From NCBI GenBank assembly GCA_003132605.1, contig PKYJ01000028.1, positions 1-33,464 on the forward strand: DNA of 33,464 nucleotides, written 5' to 3'. Below the pieces are notes generated by a model. It had not been told where the DNA came from. It saw only the letters and a list, made by a program, of their open reading frames with translations, and did not search any database. Shown piece by piece: positions 23,479 to 31,326 of the stretch (position 1 is its first letter; every line of letters begins with the position of its first letter). The DNA is from Peptococcaceae bacterium. Its GTDB lineage: Bacteria > Bacillota > DSM-12270 > Thermacetogeniales > Thermacetogeniaceae. Both the position numbers and the translations under genes were made by a program.

Positions 23479-25548
23479 TCAAAACTTCAAGCCATAGATC
23501 AAGCTGGGAAAACGGAATCCGATCTCCTGCATTATAGTATCATTGACATGCCCTATGTACCTGGCAGCATATGACCTGGATGTTTCCATCAAATAAGCGT
23601 CTTTAAAGATATCGACGACACGAAAATCCGACAGGCCATGCTGCTTGACACCCATCAACTCCCCCGGGCCCCTGATGGCTAGGTCGCGTTCAGCAATCTT
23701 GAACCCATCCTGGTGCTTTACCAGGGTCTTGACACGGTCCCGGGCTTCATCGGTCTGGGGATTGCCGATCAGGATGCAGTAGCCCGCAGCCTTGCCGCGG
23801 CCTACCCGGCCGCGCAGTTGGTGCAACTGTGACAGGCCAAACCGCTCGACGCCCTCGACGATCATCAGCGAGGCATTGGCAACGTCAACCCCCACCTCGA
23901 TCACCGTTGTGGCAACCAGGATGTTGATGTCCCCGGCCCTGAATTCCTCCATGACCCGCGCCTTCTCTTCCAGCTTCAGCCTGCCGTGCAAGAGCCCCAC
24001 GTTGTACTCCGGAAACTCCTCCTGCAGCTCGGAAGCCCGGTTTGCCGCAGCCTCCATCTCCAGTTTCTCTGATTCTTCGATCAGGGGACAGACCACGTAG
24101 GCTTGCCGTCCGGCATCCAATTCCTGGCGCAGGAACCGGTATGCCCTCTGCTTTTCCCTGTCCGGGAGAAAATAGGTCTTGACTCCCTGCCTCCCGGGCG
24201 GCAGTTGGTCGATCACCGACAGGTCGAGGTCGCCGTAGAGAGTGAGCGTGAGGCTGCGCGGGATGGGGGTGGCACTCATCACCAGCACGTCAGCCTGGGG
24301 GGCCTTGGATTGCAGGATATCTCGCTGCCGGACACCGAAGCGGTGCTGCTCATCGATGACAATCAACCCCAGGTTGTTAAAAACGACCCCTTCCTCCAGG
24401 AGGGCATGAGTGCCCACCACAATGTCAATCTGCCCATTTTTTAACGCATCCAGGGTCTCCTCCCGATGGCGTTTGCTGTCTCCCCCCGTCAGCGCCGCCG
24501 CCTGCACCCCCAGGCGTTCGGCTGGGCCCTTCAATCCCAGGTAGTGTTGCACCGCCAGGACCTCGGTGGGGGCCATCAGCGCCCCCTGGTATCCCGCCGC
24601 CACTGCATATAAAAGGGCGTACAGGGCGACTACTGTTTTTCCGCACCCCACATCCCCCTGTACCAGCCGGTACATGCGGCGCGGGGCGGCCAGATCGCTT
24701 CTGATCTCGCCGAGCACCCGCTGCTGGGCCGATGTCAGGGGGAAGGGCAGGCCTCTGACAAAGGTCTCCGCCAGGTCGGACTTGGGCCTACGCCCCACCC
24801 CCCGATGCTGGATGGTGTCCTGGATCCTCCCCAATCCCAGTCCAAATAAGAAAAGCTCTTCAAAAGCCAGCCTTTCCCGGGCTTTGGCCAGAGCTTCAAA
24901 ATTGCCGGGGAAATGCACCTGCCTCAAGCTCTCCGCCAGGGACGGCAGGTGAAGCTCGACCGCCACCTGCGGTGGTAGCAGGTCCTTCGCCCAGCAGGCA
25001 TATTGTTTGACAAGCTTGTACATGAGCCGCCTCAGGGTGCGCTGGCTCAAATCCTCAGTGGCGCTGTAAAAGGGCACAATCCGCCCCACGTGGACCGCAT
25101 CTTCGGGATTACCGATCTCGTAATCGGCGACGGTGATCTCGTTACCGAACAGGCCGCCGTCGATTCTGCCGGTCACCGTTACCGGCAAGCCGCGGCGCAG
25201 AGACCGCGTTAAAAAGGGCTGGTTGAACCACAGAGCAGTGAGCGGCCCGCCACCGGTTCTGATCTCGGCCCTCACCACAGACAACCCCCGGCGGGTGGCC
25301 GTTGTTTCCGTCCTGGTGATGATTCCCCAAACAGTAGCGTTCTCGCCCGGTTTCAACTCGCCTGACTGATTGAGGCGCCGGTCCTCGTAGCGCCGCGGTA
25401 AGTAATAGAGGACGTCGAACAGAGTCCCGATCCCCAGTTTCCCGAGCAGCTTTGCCCGGGCCTCCCCCACTTGCGGCAAGCTGCCGGCGGGAACGGCGCC
25501 AAGCTGGCAGGCAGTCAGTTGTTTTACTGTAGCAGTACCCCTGGACAT
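23479..25548 (-). CDS. recG: ATP-dependent DNA helicase RecG
   Basis: 689 aa. It has a wedge domain followed by SF2 helicase motifs (LVQGDVGCGKTVVA, VIDEQHRFGV, MSATPIPR, QLHQLRGRVGRG). Confidence 0.95.
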   Translation of the reverse strand: MSRGTATVKQLTACQLGAVPAGSLPQVGEARAKLLGKLGIGTLFDVLYYLPRRYEDRRLNQSGELKPGENATVWGIITRTETTATRRGLSVVRAEIRTGGGPLTALWFNQPFLTRSLRRGLPVTVTGRIDGGLFGNEITVADYEIGNPEDAVHVGRIVPFYSATEDLSQRTLRRLMYKLVKQYACWAKDLLPPQVAVELHLPSLAESLRQVHFPGNFEALAKARERLAFEELFLFGLGLGRIQDTIQHRGVGRRPKSDLAETFVRGLPFPLTSAQQRVLGEIRSDLAAPRRMYRLVQGDVGCGKTVVALYALLYAVAAGYQGALMAPTEVLAVQHYLGLKGPAERLGVQAAALTGGDSKRHREETLDALKNGQIDIVVGTHALLEEGVVFNNLGLIVIDEQHRFGVRQRDILQSKAPQADVLVMSATPIPRSLTLTLYGDLDLSVIDQLPPGRQGVKTYFLPDREKQRAYRFLRQELDAGRQAYVVCPLIEESEKLEMEAAANRASELQEEFPEYNVGLLHGRLKLEEKARVMEEFRAGDINILVATTVIEVGVDVANASLMIVEGVERFGLSQLHQLRGRVGRGKAAGYCILIGNPQTDEARDRVKTLVKHQDGFKIAERDLAIRGPGELMGVKQHGLSDFRVVDIFKDAYLMETSRSYAARYIGHVNDTIMQEIGFRFPSLIYGLKF

Positions 25549-25551
25549 CGG

Positions 25552-27444
25552 CTATTCGACGCTGATCAGGAAAAAGTAGACCGGTTGCCCCCCGTATTGA
25601 AGCTCTACTTCAATCTGCGGGTGGCTGCTGCGAATCAGTGCGGCAACCCGGCCAGCCTCTTCCGGCAGCACTTCCTGTCCTGTCAACAGCGTCACCAGTT
25701 CGTCATGCTCATCCAACATCCGGTCGACCGTCGCCAGCAGCACCTGTTCCAGCGAGGCGCCTACCGCCACAATGTCCTCCTGCCAGAGACCGATCAACTC
25801 GCCCTGCTTGATTTCCATATCCTTGACAACCGCATCGCGCACTGCGTAGGTCACTTCCGCGGTCTTTACCCGGCTTGCAGCCTGCTCCATTTTCCCAATG
25901 TTGGCAGTCATGTCCAGGGATGGATTGAAGGCGAGAATGGCCGAGATCCCGGCCTGAATGCTGGTGGTAGGAAGGATCACCACGCTGCGGGAGACCAGTT
26001 TTCCAGCCTGCCCGGCGGCCATGATCAGGTTCTTGTTGTTGGGCAGGATCAGCACCTGCTCATTTGGCATCGCTTCAATCGCCCTGACAAACTCTTCCAC
26101 CGACGGGTTCATGGTCTGCCCGCCGGCGACGATCTGCACCGCTCCCAGGCTCCGAAAGATCTCCTCGATTCCCTCACCGGCAGCCACCGCCAATACCCCG
26201 ATCTCCCGGGAGGCGCCCGCTTTGCCGGTGGTTGAGGCCACATCCGGCTTCAGAGCTGCATCATTGCCATGCGCTTGCTGCCACTGGTCGCGCATGTTGC
26301 TGACCTGTATATTATGCAGCGTCCCAAACTGCAGGCAATGCTCCAGCACCTGTCCGGGATGATTGGAATGCACATGGATCTTGATCACGTCATCGGTGTT
26401 GGCAACGATCAGACTCCCGCCATACTCCTGGAGGGTGAGGCGCAGTTGTCCCACGCAGGCGGGATCACCCCGCAGCAGAAATTCAACGCAGTATATATAG
26501 ACAAAATCTTCATCGTTATCCAGAACAGTGCCCTGTAATTGTGATGTGAGGGGTCGCTCCCGGCGGGTGCTCTCTGGGCGCGGATCCGGCGCCGCCGCTT
26601 CAGCGGGCGCTTGAGAGGCGAGATTCTCGTTGGCGCTGGCTCTGCCAATGACTTCATCACCACTGAGGTGTGCATCCGCCACTTCCCGTGCCGTACCGGA
26701 GTTGTCGCTTTGCACATCACAGTTGGCGGGCGTGCTTTCAGATCCACCGTGCCCCACCGGGGTACCCGTTTTAGCGGGCCGGGTACCCGGAACCGTCTCA
26801 GGCGCCCGTTCACGCCTCGCACTTCTCAATTTGCCCAGTTCCACCAAGCCTCCCTCCAGAAGGAACATCAGGCCCTTGCCCCCGGCGTCTACCACGCCGG
26901 CCTTTTTTAGAACCGGAAGCAATTCCGGTGTCAACTGCAGCGTCTCATTTCCCTTCTGCACTGCAAACAATAGCGCCTGCACCAGATCGGACTCCGTCTT
27001 AACGGCCTCGCCCAGGCCCTGAGAGAAACCCCTGGCTACTGTCAACATTGTTCCCTCAACCGGCTTCATCACTGCATGATAGGCCGTCAACACCGCCATC
27101 TGCCAGGCCCTGGCAAACTGGGCCATGGTGATCTTCTCGCTGCCTTTGACAGCGTCGGCAAAGCCACGGATCAACTGAGATAAAATAACACCGGAATTTC
27201 CCCGGGCACCCATCAGGGAGCCCTTCGCCAGCGCTTCGCTGACGGCGTTCAAGCTGAGAGCTTTTACCTGCTGCAGCTCCCGAACTGCTGCCTGCATCGT
27301 CAGGTACATATTGCGACCGGTATCGCCATCGGGTACCGGAAAGACATTCAGCCTGTCAATCTCTTGTTGGTGCTCGGCAAGGGAGGCCAGACCACCTTCA
27401 AAAAGCACCTTTACCTGTTCTCCAGTCACACCCTCCAGGACCAA
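25552..27444 (-). CDS. yloV: DAK2 domain-containing fusion protein YloV (with long low-complexity linker)
   Basis: The N-terminal DAK2 domain reads ..LNVFPVPDGDTGRNM...GARGNSGVILSQ.. A C-terminal YloV-type domain follows. The yloU-yloV-recG synteny supports the call. Confidence 0.9.
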   Translation of the reverse strand: MVLEGVTGEQVKVLFEGGLASLAEHQQEIDRLNVFPVPDGDTGRNMYLTMQAAVRELQQVKALSLNAVSEALAKGSLMGARGNSGVILSQLIRGFADAVKGSEKITMAQFARAWQMAVLTAYHAVMKPVEGTMLTVARGFSQGLGEAVKTESDLVQALLFAVQKGNETLQLTPELLPVLKKAGVVDAGGKGLMFLLEGGLVELGKLRSARRERAPETVPGTRPAKTGTPVGHGGSESTPANCDVQSDNSGTAREVADAHLSGDEVIGRASANENLASQAPAEAAAPDPRPESTRRERPLTSQLQGTVLDNDEDFVYIYCVEFLLRGDPACVGQLRLTLQEYGGSLIVANTDDVIKIHVHSNHPGQVLEHCLQFGTLHNIQVSNMRDQWQQAHGNDAALKPDVASTTGKAGASREIGVLAVAAGEGIEEIFRSLGAVQIVAGGQTMNPSVEEFVRAIEAMPNEQVLILPNNKNLIMAAGQAGKLVSRSVVILPTTSIQAGISAILAFNPSLDMTANIGKMEQAASRVKTAEVTYAVRDAVVKDMEIKQGELIGLWQEDIVAVGASLEQVLLATVDRMLDEHDELVTLLTGQEVLPEEAGRVAALIRSSHPQIEVELQYGGQPVYFFLISVE

Positions 27445-27465
27445 TCACCCTTTCGTTCTCAACAA

Positions 27466-27822
27466 TTACTGAAATAATCTGACTCCCGCCACGTTGATAT
27501 TGATTGCTGCAGGGCGCAGGCCCGTCATTTTTTCGATCTCGTACTGGACCGTCTCCATGATGCTGGAGGCGACCTCGGCGATCCTGACACCGTAGCACAT
27601 GATGACATACAGATCGATCTTCACTTCATCGCCCTCCAGGTTGACATCAACACCCTGACTCAGGGCATCCCGGCCGAGGATCTCCGATACTCCCTGGCGC
27701 CACCCCATGGGGACCATGCCAACAATGCCATAGCAACGAACTGCAGCCGCTCCTGCAATCATTGCCAGGGCCTCACTGGAAATCTCGATGCTGCCATACT
27801 CGGTTTTGGTCTTTTGACCCAT
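27466..27822 (-). CDS. yloU: Asp23/Gls24 family envelope stress protein
   Basis: 118 aa. ..GSIEISSEALAMIAGAAAVRCYGIVGM...V.V...GDEVKIDLYVIMCYGVRIAEVASSIMETVQYEIEKMTGL is typical of Asp23. Confidence 0.9.
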   Translation of the reverse strand: MGQKTKTEYGSIEISSEALAMIAGAAAVRCYGIVGMVPMGWRQGVSEILGRDALSQGVDVNLEGDEVKIDLYVIMCYGVRIAEVASSIMETVQYEIEKMTGLRPAAININVAGVRLFQ

Positions 27823-27929
27823 AATTAAGCCTCCCTTACGCGGAGTATGACTTTATATCAATTATATGCCAAACATTCGGCGGCAACAAGAAATTTGGTT
27901 GTCCGCCGTAAAAGGAGTGTCCGTTTTTC

Positions 27930-27958
27930 TTGCCAGCGCCGGACCTTTTTGTTAAAAT
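27930..27958 (+). promoter_or_regulatory. putative sigma-A promoter for rpmB
   Basis: TTGCCA-17 nt-TAAAAT. It would give a ~175-nt leader before rpmB. Confidence 0.55.
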
Positions 27959-28138
27959 AGTCTTTGTGATAGAGGAAAGGCCGTGCCCGGCGGTGCCTTC
28001 TGGGGAAAGGCACGGCACAACGATGTTCCCCGGCGCTTAATTCACCTCAGTATAAGTTGCAGCCGGTTTGATTGTGTTAAGTATTGCACATTTTTTTCGT
28101 TGAGACGCCGGGTCACAATCAAGGAAGGGGGAAGTTGC

Positions 28139-28324
28139 ATGGCAGTATGCGCTTATTGCGGCAAGGGAGTCAGGATCGGCATGCAGGTCAGCCACAGCCA
28201 TATCCGCACCAAAAGATCCTGGGCGCCCAACCTGCAACCTATCAGAACTGTTGTCAACGGCAAACCGGAGCGCCTGATGGTCTGCACCCGCTGCCTGAAA
28301 GCGGGCAAAGTCAAGCGCGCCTAA
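28139..28324 (+). CDS. rpmB: 50S ribosomal protein L28
   Basis: [61 protein letters not shown] (61 aa). SD AAGGAAGGGGGAAG. The track ORF (27983-) carries a spurious N-terminal extension. Confidence 0.9.
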   Translation: MAVCAYCGKGVRIGMQVSHSHIRTKRSWAPNLQPIRTVVNGKPERLMVCTRCLKAGKVKRA

Positions 28325-28460
28325 TGGTCGTTGATCGTTGGATGCAGGTTATTCTGCATGTAATTCATTAAATACCAACGCTATTGATCTTTTTTCCAAT
28401 AGCTGCCAACCACAAACCACCTAAATCAGGCTCGCCTCGGCCAGGACCTGTCTTGTTCGC

Positions 28461-28521
28461 CACGATGACTAGCCGCTCTAATGCCCCCGCTTCTTTGAAG
28501 CGGTGGGATAAGAGCGGCTAC
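28461..28521 (+). repeat. solo copy of repeat module A
   Basis: CACGATGACTAGCCGCTCTAATGCCCCCGCTTCTTTGAAGCGGTGGGATAAGAGCGGCTAC is colinear with 29151-29212. It abuts the truncation point of the phosphoesterase relic. Confidence 0.8.
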
Positions 28522-28623
28522 GTCCCCGGCGTGAACGATCAGTTCGACGCCCTCGAAGAGATCCAGCGCCTCGACCCAGTCGTTGACAGAACCGTGGGTA
28601 TCGCTGATAATCCCGATCCGCAT
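28519..28623 (-). pseudogene. metallophosphoesterase (YfcE/MJ0936-like) relic, first 35 codons only
   Basis: The ATG at 28623 lies 1 nt after the ribH stop. MRIGIISDTHGSVNDWVEALDLFEGVELIVHAGDV carries the D-x-H and GD motifs of the calcineurin-like phosphoesterase fold. The reading frame then runs straight into the repeat (..AALIPPLQRSGGIRAAS..). A possible C-terminal remnant follows the repeat at about 28368-28460 (IVANKTGPGRGEPDLGGLWLAAIGKKINSVGI*); that part is speculative. Confidence 0.6.
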
Positions 28624-28624
28624 G

Positions 28625-29128
28625 TCAATCTTCCCGTGGCTGCTTGTCCTGGGTCGCTCCGCCCGCCTGCAACTCCCGCAGCAGGTTGGCCATCTCCAGA
28701 GCGGACAAGGCGGCATCGGCGCCCTTGTTGCCTGCCTTGGTACCGGCGCGCTCGATCGCCTGCTCCAGAGTGTCGGCCGTGATCAGGCCGTAGATGATGG
28801 GCAGGCCCTTATCCAGACCGATCTGGGCGATCCCCTTGGTGACCTCGCTGGCAATAAACTCGAAGTGGGGCGTTGCCCCCCTGATGAGGGTGCCCAGGCA
28901 GATCACCGCGTCATAACTCCGTGCTGCCATTTTTTTGGCCGCCAGGGGGATTTCAAAGGCGCCGGGCACCCAGGCGATCTCAATGGCGCCCTCATCCACT
29001 CCGTGCCGCAGCAGGGCATCCATCGCACCGCTCAACAGGCGGCTGGTGATGAAGTCATTGAATCTTGCCACGACTATCCCGAACCGCATCCCCTGACCGA
29101 TCAACTTACCTTCATACGTCTTTGCCAT
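28625..29128 (-). CDS. ribH: 6,7-dimethyl-8-ribityllumazine synthase
   Basis: ..[21 protein letters not shown]...[16 protein letters not shown]...[20 protein letters not shown].. is the lumazine synthase signature. Confidence 0.95.
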   Translation of the reverse strand: MAKTYEGKLIGQGMRFGIVVARFNDFITSRLLSGAMDALLRHGVDEGAIEIAWVPGAFEIPLAAKKMAARSYDAVICLGTLIRGATPHFEFIASEVTKGIAQIGLDKGLPIIYGLITADTLEQAIERAGTKAGNKGADAALSALEMANLLRELQAGGATQDKQPRED

Positions 29129-29150
29129 AGCTCGCCTCTCCTTCTATTTT

Positions 29151-29273
29151 CACAGATGGCTACCCGCTCTAATACCCCCGCTTCTTCGAAGCGGTGGGAT
29201 AAGAGCGGCTACGCAACTGTATCAACTGGGTCTTGGCTTCAGTGGCCCCCACTGAAGCCAAGACCCAGTTGAA
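29151..29273 (+). repeat. full composite repeat: module A (29151-29214) + linker + module B (29222-29272)
   Basis: Module A is CACAGATGGCTACCCGCTCTAATACCCCCGCTTCTTCGAAGCGGTGGGATAAGAGCGGCTACGC, with imperfect 24-nt arms. Module B is TCAACTGGGTCTTGGCTTCAGTGG-CCC-CCACTGAAGCCAAGACCCAGTTGA, with perfect 24-nt arms. The element lies between the ribBA stop (29276) and the ribH SD. Confidence 0.9.
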
Positions 29274-29275
29274 TC

Positions 29276-30487
29276 CTATTTTCCCAGGGCCAGCAGGTGA
29301 CCCATCTTCTCCTTCTTGGTCTGCAAGTAACGCCTGTTCTCCTGCACCGGAGGGATCTCGATCGGCACCCGCTCTACAATCTCCAGTCCATATCCCTCCA
29401 GGCCGGCAATTTTCCGGGGGTTGTTGGTCAACAGCCGGATCTTGTGCAGTCCCAGATCGACGAGGATCTGTGCCCCAAAGCCGTAATCCCGCAGGTCCGG
29501 AGGAAAACCGAGCAACTCGTTGGCTTCAACGGTATCGCACCCCTGGTCCTGGAGGCCGTAGGCACGGATCTTATTGGGCAATCCGATTCCCCGGCCCTCC
29601 TGTCGCATGTAGAGGATGACGCCGGCACCCTCGTCGGCGATCATGCGCATCGCCTGGGCCAACTGCTGACCGCAGTCGCAGCGCAGTGAACCGAAGACAT
29701 CGCCGGTGAGGCACTCCGAATGCACCCTGGTCAAGGTCGGGCGCGCCGGGTCGAGGTCGCCCCTGATCAGAGCTAGGTGGCAGTTGTGGTCGAGGATGGT
29801 CTCGTAGGCCACTGCCTGAAAATCGCCGTACTTGGTGGGCAGATGTGTCGTTGCCACCCGGCAGATCAGTTTCTCGGTGCGGCGGCGGTATTCGATCAGG
29901 TCGGCGACGGTGATGATCTTCAGGTCGTACTTTTGGGAGAACTCCAGCAATTGTGGAACACGTGCCATGGTGCCGTCGTCGTTCATGATCTCGCAGCAAA
30001 CCCCGGCCGGATAGAGGCCGGCCAGCCGCGCCAGGTCAACCGTGGTCTCGGTGTGTCCGGCCCTCCTCAGCACGCAGCCTTTTTTGGCCCGCAGCGGAAA
30101 GATATGCCCCGGGCGACGCAAGTCTGCAGGCTTGGCGGCAGGGTCGATGATCGTCCTGACGGTCAGGGCGCGTTCGAAGGCGGAAATCCCTGTAGTCGCC
30201 GTGGCCGCGTCCACCGAAACGGTAAAGGCCGTCTCCAGGCTCTCGGTGTTCTGTTCGACCATCTGCTGGATCTTCAACTCATCCAGGCGCTCCCCGGTCA
30301 AGGGCATGCAGATCAGGCCTTTTGCATAGGTGGCCATGAAGTTGATGGCCTCGGGGGTGGCTTTCTCTGCGGCAATGATCAGGTCGCCCTCGTTCTCCCG
30401 GTCCTCATCATCCACCACGATGACCATCCGGCCTGCCCGGATCTCCTCGATCGCTTCCTCTACCGCATGAAACTCGCCGGTTCTCAT
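29276..30487 (-). CDS. ribBA: bifunctional 3,4-dihydroxy-2-butanone-4-phosphate synthase / GTP cyclohydrolase II
   Basis: ..[14 protein letters not shown].. marks the DHBP synthase half. ..[22 protein letters not shown].. marks the GCH II half. The ATG at 30487 lies 5 nt after GGAGGGGAAG. The track's GTG at 30529 lacks an SD. Confidence 0.95.
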   Translation of the reverse strand: MRTGEFHAVEEAIEEIRAGRMVIVVDDEDRENEGDLIIAAEKATPEAINFMATYAKGLICMPLTGERLDELKIQQMVEQNTESLETAFTVSVDAATATTGISAFERALTVRTIIDPAAKPADLRRPGHIFPLRAKKGCVLRRAGHTETTVDLARLAGLYPAGVCCEIMNDDGTMARVPQLLEFSQKYDLKIITVADLIEYRRRTEKLICRVATTHLPTKYGDFQAVAYETILDHNCHLALIRGDLDPARPTLTRVHSECLTGDVFGSLRCDCGQQLAQAMRMIADEGAGVILYMRQEGRGIGLPNKIRAYGLQDQGCDTVEANELLGFPPDLRDYGFGAQILVDLGLHKIRLLTNNPRKIAGLEGYGLEIVERVPIEIPPVQENRRYLQTKKEKMGHLLALGK

Positions 30488-30535
30488 GACAGCTTCCCCT
30501 CCATAATGTGCGAATATAAGCGTCGTCACGGTCGT

Positions 30536-31183
30536 TTACATAAAACCGTTCTCGACCAACAAGTCGGTGGTGATCCCCTTCTTTGGCTGAACGCCGGCTC
30601 GCTGCAACAGGCTGCTCACATACTTGCCAAGCAGGTCAGCTTCTATGTTCAGCAGGTCCCCGGTCTTCTTGCCGCCCAAGGTGGTGGTCTCCCTGGTGTG
30701 GGGGATCAGGCCGACCATCAGCGCCCCCTCTTTCAAAGCGGCGATGGTCAGGCTCACCCCATCCAGGGTTACCGAACCCTGAGGGATCAGGCATTGCTCC
30801 AACTCCCCGGGCGCGGCCACCCACATCTCGGTGGCAATACCCTTATCCTGCAGGCTCAGGATAACGCCGGCAGCATCCACGTGGCCGGCGACCAGGTGTC
30901 CGCCCAGTCTGTCCCCCATTGCCAGCGCCCGCTCCAAGTTTACCCGGGACCCCGCCTGCAAGCGCCCGAGGTTAGTCTTCCGCAGGGTTTCGTACATCAC
31001 GTCAACGGTAAAACTACCGGCTGAAAACCCGGTCACCGTCAGGCAGGCGCCGTTCACGGCGATGCTGTCCCCCAGCCTGATGCCGTCCAAGACCCTGGCC
31101 GCCTCAACTGTCAGGGCGGCCGAAGACTGCCCTGACACCAGGTTCCTGATCACTCCCGTCTCTTCAACAATACCCGTGAACAT
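30536..31183 (-). CDS. ribE: riboflavin synthase alpha subunit
   Basis: MFTGIVEETG..., with the internal repeat ...GDSIAVNGACLTV... / ...GSVTLDGVSLTI... The canonical MFTGI start is at 31183. The track start (31237) adds 18 residues. Confidence 0.9.
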   Translation of the reverse strand: MFTGIVEETGVIRNLVSGQSSAALTVEAARVLDGIRLGDSIAVNGACLTVTGFSAGSFTVDVMYETLRKTNLGRLQAGSRVNLERALAMGDRLGGHLVAGHVDAAGVILSLQDKGIATEMWVAAPGELEQCLIPQGSVTLDGVSLTIAALKEGALMVGLIPHTRETTTLGGKKTGDLLNIEADLLGKYVSSLLQRAGVQPKKGITTDLLVENGFM

Positions 31184-31326
31184 CCCGCTCTCATCCCCAT
31201 CCAAAACAGAAGCCAGAGGCAAGAAGTCTGATGTCAAAAAAAGATCTGGGCGGGGGTCAGCTTTCTGCCTCTAACATCCGATTTTTATATTTTTCAGCCG
31301 TCATCCCTCGTTCATGATTCACTTAT

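Noticed and set aside
27983-28138. N-terminal extension of the rpmB ORF in the track (113 aa).
   Set aside because: L28 begins at the internal MAVCAYCGK, which has a strong SD. The extension covers the promoter and leader and has no protein-like features.
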